The position numbers were made by a program, and so were the translations under genes. A stretch of DNA of 64,000 nt from an uncultured virus (IMG/VR IMGVR_UViG_2061766007_000502). Taxonomy: Duplodnaviria > Heunggongvirae > Uroviricota > Caudoviricetes. This document shows, piece after piece, positions 1 to 12,173 of the stretch. The notes beneath the pieces were generated by a model. It was not told where the DNA came from, did not search any database, and was given only the letters and a program-made list of their open reading frames with translations. Where the stretch lies: the IMG/VR virus record IMGVR_UViG_2061766007_000502, one strand, 5' to 3'. Every line of letters starts with the position of its first letter. Within the stretch, counting starts at the first letter, position 1.

Positions 1-1
1 T

Positions 2-2491
2 GATGACAATAACCGTAAAAATGCATTCGAGATTGCTGTTGATAGCAGTATATACATCAATGACATAGGTGGTTATGATGGAACTAATGTAGATTCAAGT
101 GTCGTTCAGTCTGTATAGCAGGTAATCAACACAGTAAGTGACTATGTTGATTCTCTTATGCTGAATGTTGATACTCTTATTATGAATGTCAATGATGCTA
201 ATGAGAAAATCGACACCGTAAGCGACTATGTTGATAGCATTGTGCTGAATGTTGATACTCTTATATTGAATTCAAGTGATTTGTATCAGAGAGTTGCAGA
301 TGCAGAAAATAGCATCTCTCTGACTCAACTCGAATTAACAGAAGATATAATGGAATTGAGCAGAAATGCATATAACATTCCAGTATTTTAGAGAGATGAT
401 GAGCAAGGTTATGTACTTGGCAGAGAATGGGAAAACAATGCAGTTGGTTAGTATTCTTTTGCAGAAGGATATGATACTTCTGCTTTAGGTGACTGGTCTC
501 ATGCTGAAGGAATTAATAACACTGCTTCCGGTAATGGTTCACATACAGAAGGCAGAAATAACAACTCATCTGGTCCATATTCTCACACAGAAGGTCAGTA
601 GAATATTTCTTCTGGCAACAGTGCTCATGCAGAAGGTGCGGGTACAACTGCGTCCGGTAATCGGTCTCACACAGAAGGTCAGTAGAATATTGCTTCTAAT
701 ACAGGTGCTCATGCAGAAGGTGTATATTCTATTGCAACGGGTATAGCATCTCATGCGGAAGGATATGATACTTCTGCTTTAAGCAATTCAACACATACAG
801 AAGGATATTAGACAATAGCATCTGCTGATAGTGCTCATGCAGAAGGTAGTTATACTGTTGCATCTGGTATTCGTTCACATGCAGAAGGTGGTGAGTCTAT
901 TGCATCTGGACCAAATAGTCATGCTGAAGGTTGGGGTACAACTGCATCCGGCAATAGTGCTCATACAGAAGGTAAATTCACTCAAGCAACAAATGAAGTA
1001 GAACATGCATCTGGTAAATACAACAAATCGACTGAGGGTATAACTCAATTCTCAGTCGGTGTTGGTACAATTGATATTAGAAAAAATGCATTCGAGATTG
1101 CAGTAGACAGTAGTATATACATCAATGACATCGGTGGTTATGATGGAACTAATGTAGATTCAAGTGTTATTCAATCTATACAGCAAGTAATCAAGACTAT
1201 CAACACATCAATCAATGATTTAGCAGAAGATTTCGCTACATCTGAAATCTTAATGTCTGAAGACATAATTGAATTGAATGAGCAGATTGACACAATCAAT
1301 TCTTCTGTCAATTCACTTGACACATCAGTAAGAATGATGAATGATGATATTCAGATAATTGATACATCAATCAATAATATGTCTGAAGACATAATTGAGT
1401 TGAGTGAACAAATCAACACAATTAATTCTTCTGTGAATACTCTGACACAGTCAATGTATGTATATAATAAGGCAGGACAATACGGCTATGTACTCGGTAT
1501 AAACAGCAGCAACAATGCTTATAGTCAATATGCTTTTGCAGAAGGTTTTAATACATCAGCATCTGGTGCAGGTTCTCATGCAGAAGGCGGTTTCTCAACT
1601 GCATCCGGTAATTATTCTCATGTAGAGGGTGATTCTAATACAGCATCGGGTTTCTGCTCTCATGCTGAGGGTGGTGGTACTACTGCTTCTGCTGAAGGTG
1701 CTCACGCAGAGGGAATAGAAACGAGTGCAATTGGCGATTATGCTCATGCTGAAGGTTATCAGACACATGCAAATGAAATAGGCGCTCATGCTGAGGGTAA
1801 TGGATCAACTGCATCCGGTGAATATTCACATGCGGAAGGTACTACAACACAGGCATCAGAAAGCAATGCTCATGCAGAAGGAGATACAACAAAAGCAACT
1901 GCTGAAAGTTCTCATGCAGAAGGTTATAGCACAACTGCTTCCGGTAATTATTCTCACGCGGAAGGTTATAGTAGCAAATCACAAGGCACTAAGTCACATG
2001 CGGAAGGAAGTTCTACAACTGCATCAAGCGAGGCATCACATGCGGAAGGAAGTTCTACAACTGCATCCGGTAAGGGTGCTCATGCTGAGGGTGTAGGTTC
2101 TCAGACAACCAATGAAGGTGAACACGCATCGGGCAGATACAACAAATCAACATCCGGCAAGACAAGATTCTCAGTCGGCATCGGTACAGGAACAAGTGCT
2201 CGTAAGAATGCATTTGAGATTACAACAGACGGAAGCATATATATTACTGAAATCGGCGGCTATAACGGCACAAACGTAACAACCAGTGGCATAAAAACCA
2301 TACAAAAGGTAATACAGACAATAAACAGTTCCGTAAACAACATTAATGTGCCTATCATAAGTACGAACATCACTAATGATGCAAACAGCGACGTGAAGAC
2401 TGCATCACCAAAGGCAGTCAAGACATATGTCGATAGTATTCTCGGTGACATTGCTACAGCACTTGATGCAATAAACGGAGAAGTAATTTAA
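2..2491 (+). CDS. Tail fibre/adhesin-like protein with 14-aa (S/A)HAEG repeats and coiled-coil linkers (5' partial; TAG=Gln)
   Basis: One frame from base 2 to TAA 2489-2491, broken only by TAG (116, 389, 449, 599, 683, 809). Repeated module: coiled coil, SHAEGxxTxASG repeats, then FSVGxG...RKNAFEI...IGGYxGTNV. Confidence 0.85.
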
Positions 2492-2529
2492 TCAGCAAAT
2501 CATTGTTTTGAAAACTAATCATTTTATTA

Positions 2530-2561
2530 AAAAGGATGCTTTCATAAAGAAGCATCCTTTT
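2530..2561. terminator. Intrinsic terminator hairpin
   Basis: AAAAGGATGCTT / AAGCATCCTTTT stem with A and T tails, after the fibre gene. Confidence 0.8.
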
Positions 2562-2571
2562 GTTTTATTAA

Positions 2572-2579
2572 GATAAATA
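2572..2579 (+). promoter_or_regulatory. GATAAATA candidate late promoter
   Basis: Recurrent intergenic 8-mer, one base from the T4 late promoter TATAAATA; 23 nt before ATG 2603. Confidence 0.65.
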
Positions 2580-2602
2580 AAAAAATGTTTCAATGACTCA
2601 TA

Positions 2603-3727
2603 ATGATTTTAAATGAAGAGTATTTTGATGATATTGATATAACTGATGATGATATAAAAAACAATATTGATAATAATGTTATAACATCGAAACAACTTGA
2701 TTCATATCAGTACTATATCAATGTACGCACTATAGATAAACATATTAACAAGAAACTCAGTTATATCATTAGAAACAACCCATGTGTTTCCGATTGCTTA
2801 ACACTGAAATACTATATAGATGGGATTGATATTGAATATAATAATGAAAATGAAATTTCAAATGATGATAATAACTCATTTATAATAACATACGGAATCA
2901 ATGCGGATTTTAACTACAAATATTTCATGATGCTGCTAAAGAACATATTCAGCAGATTTAAAGATGTTGTATTCTGTATCGGATTCTATACAACATACCC
3001 TGTAATCAAAAATAACCCAAAATCTCATAATATTGCTGATATTACTGATGAACCGTCAATAGAAAATGTCAAACAAGTTATGGAAGTGCTTGAATTATTT
3101 AATATAAAATATGATTGGGACATTCTTCTTGCAGATTTCAATATGTCTGTAAACGGTCTATTCAAATAGTATCTGAAACATCATTATACAGGCTATAAGA
3201 GCAATATCATATTCGCCGGTGAAACAGAACCGACCCAGATGACTGATGACATTCTGTCTGAATTCAGTGAAGTGAAAGCAACTAACATACTAAGTGAATA
3301 TAATTCTTCATTGGTTTACAGAAGTTTTAATCCGGATGAAATAGATAACACAGATATAAGAAAACACATCACAGACAGTTGTAACGGAAACAAACCAAGA
3401 TTTTATATAGTAGTTTCAACAAGAGGTAAGACAAACTGTTTCATAACATTCTATGTATATTACTCAAGAATATGTAAAGTGTCTAATGGCAATACAGTAA
3501 GATACAAAGGCTGTAAACCTGTCAATTGCATGGTAATGCTCCTGATAACACATAGAATGAACATGAAATATATAGAAGATAGTTTCCGAATTTATGAGAA
3601 ACTCGGTTTCAATGTACCAGAACTCATCAGACAAGCATTGGATGCCATTCCGAATATATCAGGTCAATATGAATCTGTATATGTAAAACAAATGCTTGCA
3701 AATATTAAACAAAAATTCATAAAATGA
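2603..3727 (+). CDS. NEDYF-leader family protein 1 (hypothetical)
   Basis: Starts MILNEEYFDDIDITDDDI; ORFs 2603-3169 and 3239-3727 share a frame, joined by TAG 3167. Confidence 0.8.
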
Positions 3728-3734
3728 TAAATCT

Positions 3735-4955
3735 ATGATATATAAAATCATTAATGAAGATTATTTCAATGAGCTTGAATTGACTGATGATGATATATAG
3801 AGTCAGAGTGATAATGAACAATATAAAGAAACAGATATCAATGACTATCCGTTTTATATGATTATGCAAATTCTATCATCAGAAAAAGATTCATATTCAA
3901 GTCTCAGCAAAGCAGACATCAAGAAATTCAGTACACAATGCTATTATATTCTCAATAATATGCCGGATACTATGAGAGTCTCAAAACCAATTTATTATAA
4001 TTATCATTTTGAACAAGAATATGGTAGTGATATAGAAAGCATAAGCATTCCAGAAAGAGACGGAAGAGTTTCTATGGTTTTCGGCATTGATGGTCATTTC
4101 TTCAATTTCAAGCACTTTTGGATATTAATGAGTTTTCTGTTTAATTATAAAAATATCGAAGTATACAGAGTCATATTCAATGATGAACTAAGAGTTGATA
4201 TCCATTCTAATGCCTCATACTTTGACTATTGGAATTTTCATCACGGTTGTAATTCTTCATCATTTGAAGGACTGATAAATATGCTTAATTTCCTCAAAGT
4301 CAAATATGATTATGAAGAACTTTGTCAGAGATTCTACCAACCGATACAGAAGCTTTTTAAAAATTACATATAGAAAACAGGAAAAAAACTGACAATAATC
4401 GAAGGTGGTGATATAAAACCGAGTATGATAAAGAATAACTTGCATAACAAGTGTTGTTATATCACAGCAATAAATTCTATAAACTTGGGAATCAATGAAA
4501 TCTGTCACACTTGTAATGATTTTACTGAATGTGATATCAATGATAATATAAAACAACATATAAATGATGACAGCAATGGCAATATAGCCAAATGCAGTTA
4601 TGTTATATTATCAAGAAATCATAATATATATAGCTCTAAATTCATTATATATTTTACAAGAACATGTCAGTTCTTCAAAAAAAACAGTTCGGACAAATAC
4701 CCACATCATTATATCATAACAATCGAATTCCCAGTCAGCTATTTCGGTGATTTAGAAACATTTGCATACATTCTCCATACATTTGAAACGTTCGGAATAG
4801 ATTCTGATAAATTTCTGAATAATATATTTGCAAATTTACCTGTAAAATTATTAAGAAATGATTATATAAAACAAAATATCAAAGATAAAATACAGTTGTT
4901 AAGAGATGGTGACGCTCCCAGGTCCGAAGGACCATGGGCTTCAGTGCATCTTTGA
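3735..4955 (+). CDS. NEDYF-leader family protein 2; C-terminus supplied by the IS right end
   Basis: ATG 3735 gives MIYKIINEDYFNELELTDDDI; in frame with ORFs 3858 and 4425 via TAGs; paralogous to protein 1. Confidence 0.8.
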
Positions 4956-4990
4956 CTCAGGAGATGTCTCCTGAGTCTGTTTCCTCTAAC
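4889..4990 (-). ncRNA. 3' part of TnpB reRNA (scaffold hairpins plus flank-derived guide)
   Basis: Hairpin GACTCAGGAGA/TCTCCTGAGTC over the stop codon, terminal GGTCC-TTCG hairpin, TCAC end; predicted guide CATCTCTTAACAACTGTATT (4908-4889). Confidence 0.6.
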
Positions 4991-6645
4991 GGCCTACTGT
5001 CATCTATGTTGCTGTCAGCGGAATCGCTGAACAGCAGATGCAGTCCTTCGTCAAAGTCCGCACGCTTAAATTCGGCTCCGTCCAAGCCTATGCGTTCTTT
5101 TAAATGGTTGAACAGCCAGACCATATCTTTTGCGGAGTGTGCATCGCGCTCTCCGTCATTGAAACCACAATTGGGACAAACATACACTCTGTCTTTNNNN
5201 NNNNNNCGCATCACGCTCTCCGTCATTGAAACCACAATTGGGACAAACATACACTCTGTCTTTNNNNNNNNNNCAATTTCTTATATTCACGCTTGATCAA
5301 GTTCAGTGTTCTGCACATGTTGTTTGAGGTTTTAATATTCTTCCGATTCTTCTTTTTCCGGTCCCAGCCGGCAGCTTTAAGCTGACGGTTGTATTTCTTC
5401 TGAAGTTTCTTCAGACGCTCAGTTTCTTCAACCTGNNNNNNNNNNTTGGCGGTTGTATTTCTTCTGAAGTTTCTTCAGACGCTCAGTTTCTTCAACCTGT
5501 GCATTGTACACTTTTCCGTTTGCATCAGTTGCAGTCTTCAGGCAACCCATGTCAAGTGCGTTTATCTCATAGACGGGAAGATTGTTCCCGTCTTTCTTGT
5601 TCTTGTTCCAGTTCTTCTTAGATTCTTTGTAAGACAGCCACGTTTCTTTATCAACATATACAGTCTGTTTGATGTAGTAGTTGTCTCCGCAGTGCGTCAG
5701 CTTTGCTGCCGACATCTCATAAACAATTTTGAGTTTATCAAGATTTCTCAGTTGCCGTATACCGGCAACACGTATTTCACAATCAAAACCCTATATCTGA
5801 TAAGAATTGTTCCCGACAATGCGATGTGTGACTCCGTATTGCTTTAAGCCGACGGCAGTGCAGTCGGATTTGTATTTCAGTCTTCCGATTTTGAAACCTT
5901 TGTTCTTGCGTGCTTTCAAAGCACGCATTTCATCTTTGACTTGGGAAATCACACTGTCTCTCATACTACTACCAAGATGTGTGATATTATCCGTTACAAT
6001 CTTCTTGTCTTTGTCCATATGTTCAACAACGTTGAACTCTTTCTGNNNNNNNNNNTGTTTCTTTATCAACATATACAGTCTGTTTGATGTAGTAGTTGTC
6101 TCCGCAATGCGTCAGCTTTGCTGACGACATCTCATAAACAATTTCGAGTTTATCAAGATTTCTCAGTTGCCGTATGCCGGCAACACGTATTTCACAATCA
6201 AAACCCTATATCTGATAAGAATTGTTNNNNNNNNNNNNNNNNNNNNNNNNNNNNNNNNNNNNNNNNNNNNNNNNNNNNNNNNNNNNNNNNNNNNNNNNNN
6301 NNNNNNNNNNNNNNNNNNNNNNNNNNNNNNNNNNNNNNNNNNNNNNNNNNNNNNNNNNNNNNNNNNNNNNNNNNNNNNNNNNNNNNNNNNNNNNNNNNNN
6401 NNNNNNNNNNNTGTGAAACTCGTGACTTTTCTTCCGGTTGAGTTCATCTGACTCAACATGGAATTCTTAATCCATTTGCCTTCGACAAAGACCATCTTCA
6501 GATGGTCAAATACTTTATTCTTACGGTTTCTTTTCTCATTGTGTACTTTAAATACAAAAGTCAATGGCATCTGAGACTTACGTCTCTCCATTGTCTGGAG
6601 ATACGTTTGCTTTATTCTCATATTTTTCTGCTCTTGTAATGTCAT
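4957..6645 (-). CDS. tnpB: TnpB RNA-guided endonuclease (assembly scrambled and gapped)
   Basis: N-term MTLQEQKN...ERRKSQ, RuvC-I INALDMG, ERLKKLQKK helix, Zn finger CPNCG, RuvC-III RDAHSA; in-frame TAG at 5791-5793. RuvC-II is not visible (probably in a gap). Confidence 0.85.
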
Positions 6646-6672
6646 ATTTAAAGTACACATACTGACTTTTAT

Positions 6673-6680
6673 TATTTATC
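6673..6680 (-). promoter_or_regulatory. GATAAATA candidate late promoter upstream of tnpB
   Basis: Same motif as before structural genes, ~30 nt upstream of the tnpB start. Confidence 0.6.
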
Positions 6681-6777
6681 TAAGTTCTTGACATAAATTT
6701 TCAATTTCTGTCTATATAATTATTAAGAATGTGATATAACAATAAATATTAAATAAATAATTAGTGTGGCAATTCAT

Positions 6778-8011
6778 ATGACGAGCTGTAAAAGCATTAA
6801 TGTACTGAATGAAGACTATTTCGATGACATTGAGATAACCGACAAAGACATTCAAAGCACAGCAGATAATACAGATATTACATTAACTGCTGAGACTGAA
6901 CATATATATAACCATGATATTATAATACCTTTACCATATGATAGAAAATTATATAGGTATAATGCAGAAAAATATATGCTTATATTAAAGCATAGANNNN
7001 NNNNNNNNNNNNNNNNNNNNNTGACAAATATGAAATACAATTCAAATGGGGTTATCATTCATTCCCGTATGATTTTAAAAGATATGATGTCGGTAACGGT
7101 ATAATATGGTGGGGATATAAGGACTATATAGAAGATAGCAAATCTCCGGAAGATTAGTATAATTCTATAAAAGACAATAGTCTTGGATACTACAGGCTTG
7201 ANNNNNNNNNNNNNNNNNNNNNNATATAAAAGATATACATAAACTGCTGTTAAGTTTCATAAACGCATTTGGCTATTTCACTCATTTGGAATTCAAATAT
7301 AGTGCTTTTAGTTATATAACTATGAGCAATGAAATAACATCATCTCTGCTTGCAAATTTCATCCGATATAAGAAGACGAATGGAAATTTACAGAAGATAT
7401 GGAACACAGTAGATTATTTTGTGATATTATATTTCTATAAGTTCATCAAACAATTCATACCGCATTATGGTATCAGTAAATTAAGAGACTATCTTGAAGT
7501 CAATGATTTGAAATATCATATAAGAACTTACTCAACAACATATAAGACAGTCTACTATGAGCATATTGACTATGGCTATGATATCAACAAGTTTCTTGAT
7601 GTAGTAGAACATACTGACAATTCATTATGGCAGTACTATGATTTAAGTAACGGCACTCGTTCATCGATGCCAAATTGCAAATCAGATTTAATAAAAGACT
7701 ATTTATACAAGAGAACACCCGGTGTCAATGTGTACTTGATAAGACGAAAGCCGTCTAATAATTTATATGTTTATTATTACTTTGACGAGACATTTTCTAA
7801 AGATGATGGCATCGTTGAATATGATTTACTTTGGACACATTATGTAGATAATATAAATGATATAATCAAACTGTTCACTCCAATGTACTACATAGGATGT
7901 GATGTTAAAAAAGCAATCATATCAACAAAGAAAATCAAAGACGATTTCAACGGCTATTATATTCTCGATAAAATGAATATGAATACTATTCTATCTGAAA
8001 TTAAAAATTAA
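6778..8011 (+). CDS. NEDYF-leader family protein 3 (two N gaps)
   Basis: MTSCKSINVLNEDYFDDIEITDKDI; frame changes only at N gaps; TAA at 8011. Confidence 0.7.
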
Positions 8012-8022
8012 AACAAATATCA

Positions 8023-9267
8023 ATGCCGATGAGTAATCATATTTTAAAATATATCAATGAGGACTATTTCAATGATATTGAAATAACAGATGATGACATA
8101 GAGACTCAATATCCAGTAGTGAACATAACTGAAGAAACAGATTATTCTGTCATTTTTCAATTATCAATACCATATAATTATCCATTCATCTATAACCTGC
8201 TTGATGATTTAGTCAGTAAAATCACAAAACTGATAAAAATTATAGAATATTATATGAGAAACTGTGATGCATTCACCAGAATCGGAAATATTGATATAGT
8301 TTTATCATCACACTTCAATAAAGTCAAGAACTATGGCAATTACTGTGTATTCTATGATGATAATGAAAGAAGTCTATCGAATGCATATATAGAAGCACAT
8401 TGCAACTATTTATTTACACAACCCAATGATTTGTCATTACTCCTGATGTCTGCTTTTGTCAAATTCCATAAGTTGAGCAATATAGGCTGTCATAGTGTTA
8501 TATTGAAAAATAAGACTTTAGATAGACAAATAAAATTCAAAGCAGGAACAGAAAACATATTCAAAACACCAAATGACAACAAACAACCTTTAATCTGGAG
8601 AGAATATACAAATAACATATATGTAATGATAAATTATTTTGAGATGTCATTACCGGGTTTCTATGGAAAGTGCCTGAAAAAATACGGCAACAACAATGAC
8701 GCTATCAATTATCCTTCTGACTTCAATAAGTGTGCTTATCATGGTGACAGATACAGAGTAAAGCATTTAAGAAAACTTCCGAAATTTAATTACATACAAA
8801 TCGTGCAATTCGGATCTGGAAGTGATATGATGGCATTCAAGTCAGAATCTGGAACATTTCAAGATGATATTATCGAATGTCCAAACTGGTCTGACATTAC
8901 ACTACCGAATTTCAAAGAAGAGTGTCATAAGATTATACAGATGTACTATCAACAACAAAGAGATTTTGTAATGCTTGTTAATTCTTATGCTGAAAAAACA
9001 ATCAACATAACATATGTCCTTGATGGAACATATATCTTAGATGGTGATGAATATGTGATTGAGTTTGTTAATGTACCACTATCAGACGAACCTGATAAAC
9101 TTATATATAACAATGCAGTGTCAATCAATATGATGATTCAGACCGGTTTATATGATCTTGATTCTGCAATGAACGAATATATGAATATATATACTCCTAT
9201 GTCAGAAGCAGAAGCAGAACCGGTCAGATAGAAATACATTGAATGTTTTGTTAAAAGAGAGAGTTGA
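8023..9267 (+). CDS. NEDYF-leader family protein 4
   Basis: ILKYINEDYFNDIEITDDDI; TAG 9229 read through to TGA 9265-9267. Confidence 0.8.
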
Positions 9268-9269
9268 TA

Positions 9270-10244
9270 TCATACTCTCTCTTTTATGATTAACAATCTC
9301 TTGAACTTGCATTTCCCGTTTATAATCGGTTTGGCAAAGTCATAGTTCTGTCCGTTTCCTGAGTTCAACTGACCTATTATACTGAACAACAGAATGTTTC
9401 CGTTTTCATCCTTGAACTCACATAACTTATCTTTATTCAGTTTGTCTATGACTGTAATCGGCACTCCCATTACTGCATCATAATCAACTGGTATCTCTTT
9501 CATGGTATTCACGTTAATTGCATCATATGTATCGAATTTACTATATGATTCCGGACTGTACTTAGCAGTTAGCACCGTATGCCTGACTTCAGGATGCTGA
9601 TAATCCATATTGGTGAACCAGCGGACACCCTTAACCCTTATGAACTTGGTCCCATCATCTGCAGTCCTGCATGCAATGCCATCAAGGGGATAGTCATCTG
9701 GCACTCTGAACTCTCTATCTCCGCTGTGTATAGAACCGCCCAAAGTTATCTTGTGTGATATTATATGCTGAAAGACCTCTCTATAAGTCACGGCATTTAT
9801 ATTACCAAGAATTATGTACAGAATGTTAGTTTTGTTGAGCAAATCTATAAACTCCCTGAAAAGTGAGAACGGTGGATTAGTAACTACAATATCAGATTCG
9901 CTTAAAATGCTCTTACACTCGTCAGAACGAAAATCACCGTTAGATTTCATCTGTACAGTCTCTTCAGAGTCATTCTCTATTATAGTCATTGAACCATAAT
10001 CTTCTCTGTTAAAACATGTTGCAATTAGTTTCTTCAATCCGAAATTAGTGAAATTATCCTTGAAATATTTGAAGAAATTACTTGTATTCGAATCATCACA
10101 CGGACAATACACAACCTTATCCTTGAAATCTGACTTATATAGTGACATTTCTGATGCAATGTCTTCATATGCAGTATAAAATTCATCAGCCTTGTTCTTG
10201 CGTGCTGATGTCAAATCTGTATTGTTCTGTTCAAAATTCTTCAT
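9270..10244 (-). CDS. Adenine-specific DNA methyltransferase, EcoRI-methylase family (orphan)
   Basis: KxDEFYT, VVYCPCDD, GDFRSDEC, IVVTNPPFSLFREF, VRWFTN and GVPIT motifs. Confidence 0.9.
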   Translation of the reverse strand: MKNFEQNNTDLTSARKNKADEFYTAYEDIASEMSLYKSDFKDKVVYCPCDDSNTSNFFKYFKDNFTNFGLKKLIATCFNREDYGSMTIIENDSEETVQMKSNGDFRSDECKSILSESDIVVTNPPFSLFREFIDLLNKTNILYIILGNINAVTYREVFQHIISHKITLGGSIHSGDREFRVPDDYPLDGIACRTADDGTKFIRVKGVRWFTNMDYQHPEVRHTVLTAKYSPESYSKFDTYDAINVNTMKEIPVDYDAVMGVPITVIDKLNKDKLCEFKDENGNILLFSIIGQLNSGNGQNYDFAKPIINGKCKFKRLLIIKERV

Positions 10245-10526
10245 ATTGAGGTTTATCCGTTATTTTCAGAAACTGTATTGGATGTTACAAAAACATACAG
10301 TTCTTCAAAAATNNNNNNNNNNNNNNNNNNNNNNNNNNNNNNNNNNNNNNNNNNNNNNNNNNNNNNNNNNNNNNNNNNNNNNNNNNNNNNNNNNNNNNNN
10401 NNNNNNNNNNNNNNNNNNNNNNNNNNNNNNNNNNNNNNNNNNNNNNNNNNNNNNNNNNNNNNNNNNNNNNNNNNNNNNNNNNNNNNNNNNNTATAGGAGA
10501 TAGAGAGTGTGGAGAGAAGTAAAGAT

Positions 10527-10645
10527 ATTTTTCTTTGCTTCTTTCTTTTTTTAATTTCTTTTGTTTCTTTTCTTTTTTTTTATTAATTAAATTTCTTTTG
10601 TTTCTTTTCTTTTTTATCTTTAAAAATCTTTTTTGATTTTGTTGT
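10527..10645. repeat. Pyrimidine-rich low-complexity tract with a ~25-bp direct repeat
   Basis: AATTTCTTTTGTTTCTTTTCTTTTT occurs twice within a T/C run. Confidence 0.6.
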
Positions 10646-10688
10646 TTAATGTAGATAAATAATGAAATGATTATTTTTGTTTTTAATT

Positions 10689-12008
10689 ATGTTGAAAATC
10701 TTGAATGAAGATTATTTTAAAGACATTGAACTGTCAGATGATGATATTGTCAGTCCTGTCGATAATGAATTTAATGACAATAACATGGATATTACAGATG
10801 ATACCCTGTTTGACAATGCTTTCATAATAGAACAAGAGACAAGTGTGAAACCGACAAAGTTCAATAAACTGAAGAATGCAAATGTTAATCTCAAGATATG
10901 GTGGCAGAAACTCTGTGATGTTATGGACAATATAAGAGTCTTCAATAGTAATTACATAGATGTCTTTGTTTTGTTCAAGAATGATAGCGGTTGGGATAAC
11001 AAGACAGTTCCGAAGCTGAATAGCCAGCCTGTAGTGCTTTCTGATTTCAGGAATCTCTCTGCACAGACAATCATACAGAAAATCTCTGATGAATTGCAGA
11101 GAGTGACAGAAGAAACCGGCATTGACTGGCAACTGCCAGAAAACGACAGAAAAAGCGTTATAATGCAGACTGAGATTAGAGCTGTAGGCAATTGGATAGA
11201 ATATATCAACTTTGAAAGATTCTGCAAGGATATGAGCATACTGTATCATATTATGATGCCGTACAATAAGTATATGCAGATATTTGGCAATGCATATTGC
11301 AGTAATACAAACGAGACTACTTATGTATTCAGGAAGGACGGTGAGGTCATAGATATTCATCTGCCACTCGGAATGTGGAATATGAAGACGTACAAGTCAA
11401 TATACAATAAATTGATTGACTAGTATTTCAATGAAGATGTAAATGGCAAGAATGAAGATATTTACAAATCTGAAACTCCGCTTGCTAAAAGATGGCATCA
11501 GATTTATTTCCTGCCGGATGCACAGACAGACTATGTTTATCTGCCAATCGGTCTCAACAGTGAAATGAACCGGTTCTATGTAGGTCTTGCAAGGAAAGAT
11601 GACAGCAAATGGACTTATGAGCAGATTAATGAATGGTTTAAGACACATTTCATAGACAGACTCAAATATATAGACAAATTGGGCATTATGGGACAGCGGA
11701 TTGTCTGTGAGGTTGAATTGTTTATCTGCATAGGCAAGGATGTTCCGCCAAGAAGTGATAATAAAAAACGATATGTGTATCAGTATGTCGATAAGGTGAA
11801 TGATTGTCAGGAAATCTCATATAAGTTCATATACTTTAATGAACATTTTACGAGAATCGGACAACCGGTGAGAGGATATTTTTCCAATAGCGGTATGGAT
11901 ATGCTAAATGCAATGCATGATTATGAGCATGAACTCAAAATAGGCAAGTTCGGTAAAGATGAGATAAATAAACTTCCTGACATTAAAGAAGAACTGAGAA
12001 AACTTTAA
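10689..12008 (+). CDS. NEDYF-leader family protein 5
   Basis: GATAAATA at 10654; MLKILNEDYFKDIELSDDDI; TAG 11421 joins it to ORF 11565-12008. Confidence 0.8.
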
Positions 12009-12173
12009 TTGTTTGTATTAATTTAAGATAACGATATAGACTGCTTTATGTGACACTAACTCTCATGGTGAACTCAAAAACTGCTAAATACATGAGACAT
12101 AAATCTCATTGGAATGATAGTGCAAAAATAATAAAAAACAAATATGTTGGGAAAAATAACTGATAATCATTTA

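Larger units (their letters stand above)
4909..6700 (-). mobile_element. IS200/IS605/IS607-type non-autonomous tnpB element (left end approximate)
   Basis: More GC-rich than flanks. Right end on minus strand reads GAAGCCCATGGTCCTTCGGACCTGGGAGCGTCAC, ending TCAC at 4909. No tnpA seen. Confidence 0.75.

Noticed and set aside
5140..6226. Real tandem duplications or a CRISPR array beside a Cas12f-like gene
   Set aside because: The repeats are tnpB coding segments abutting N gaps, with no repeat-spacer periodicity and no cas genes.
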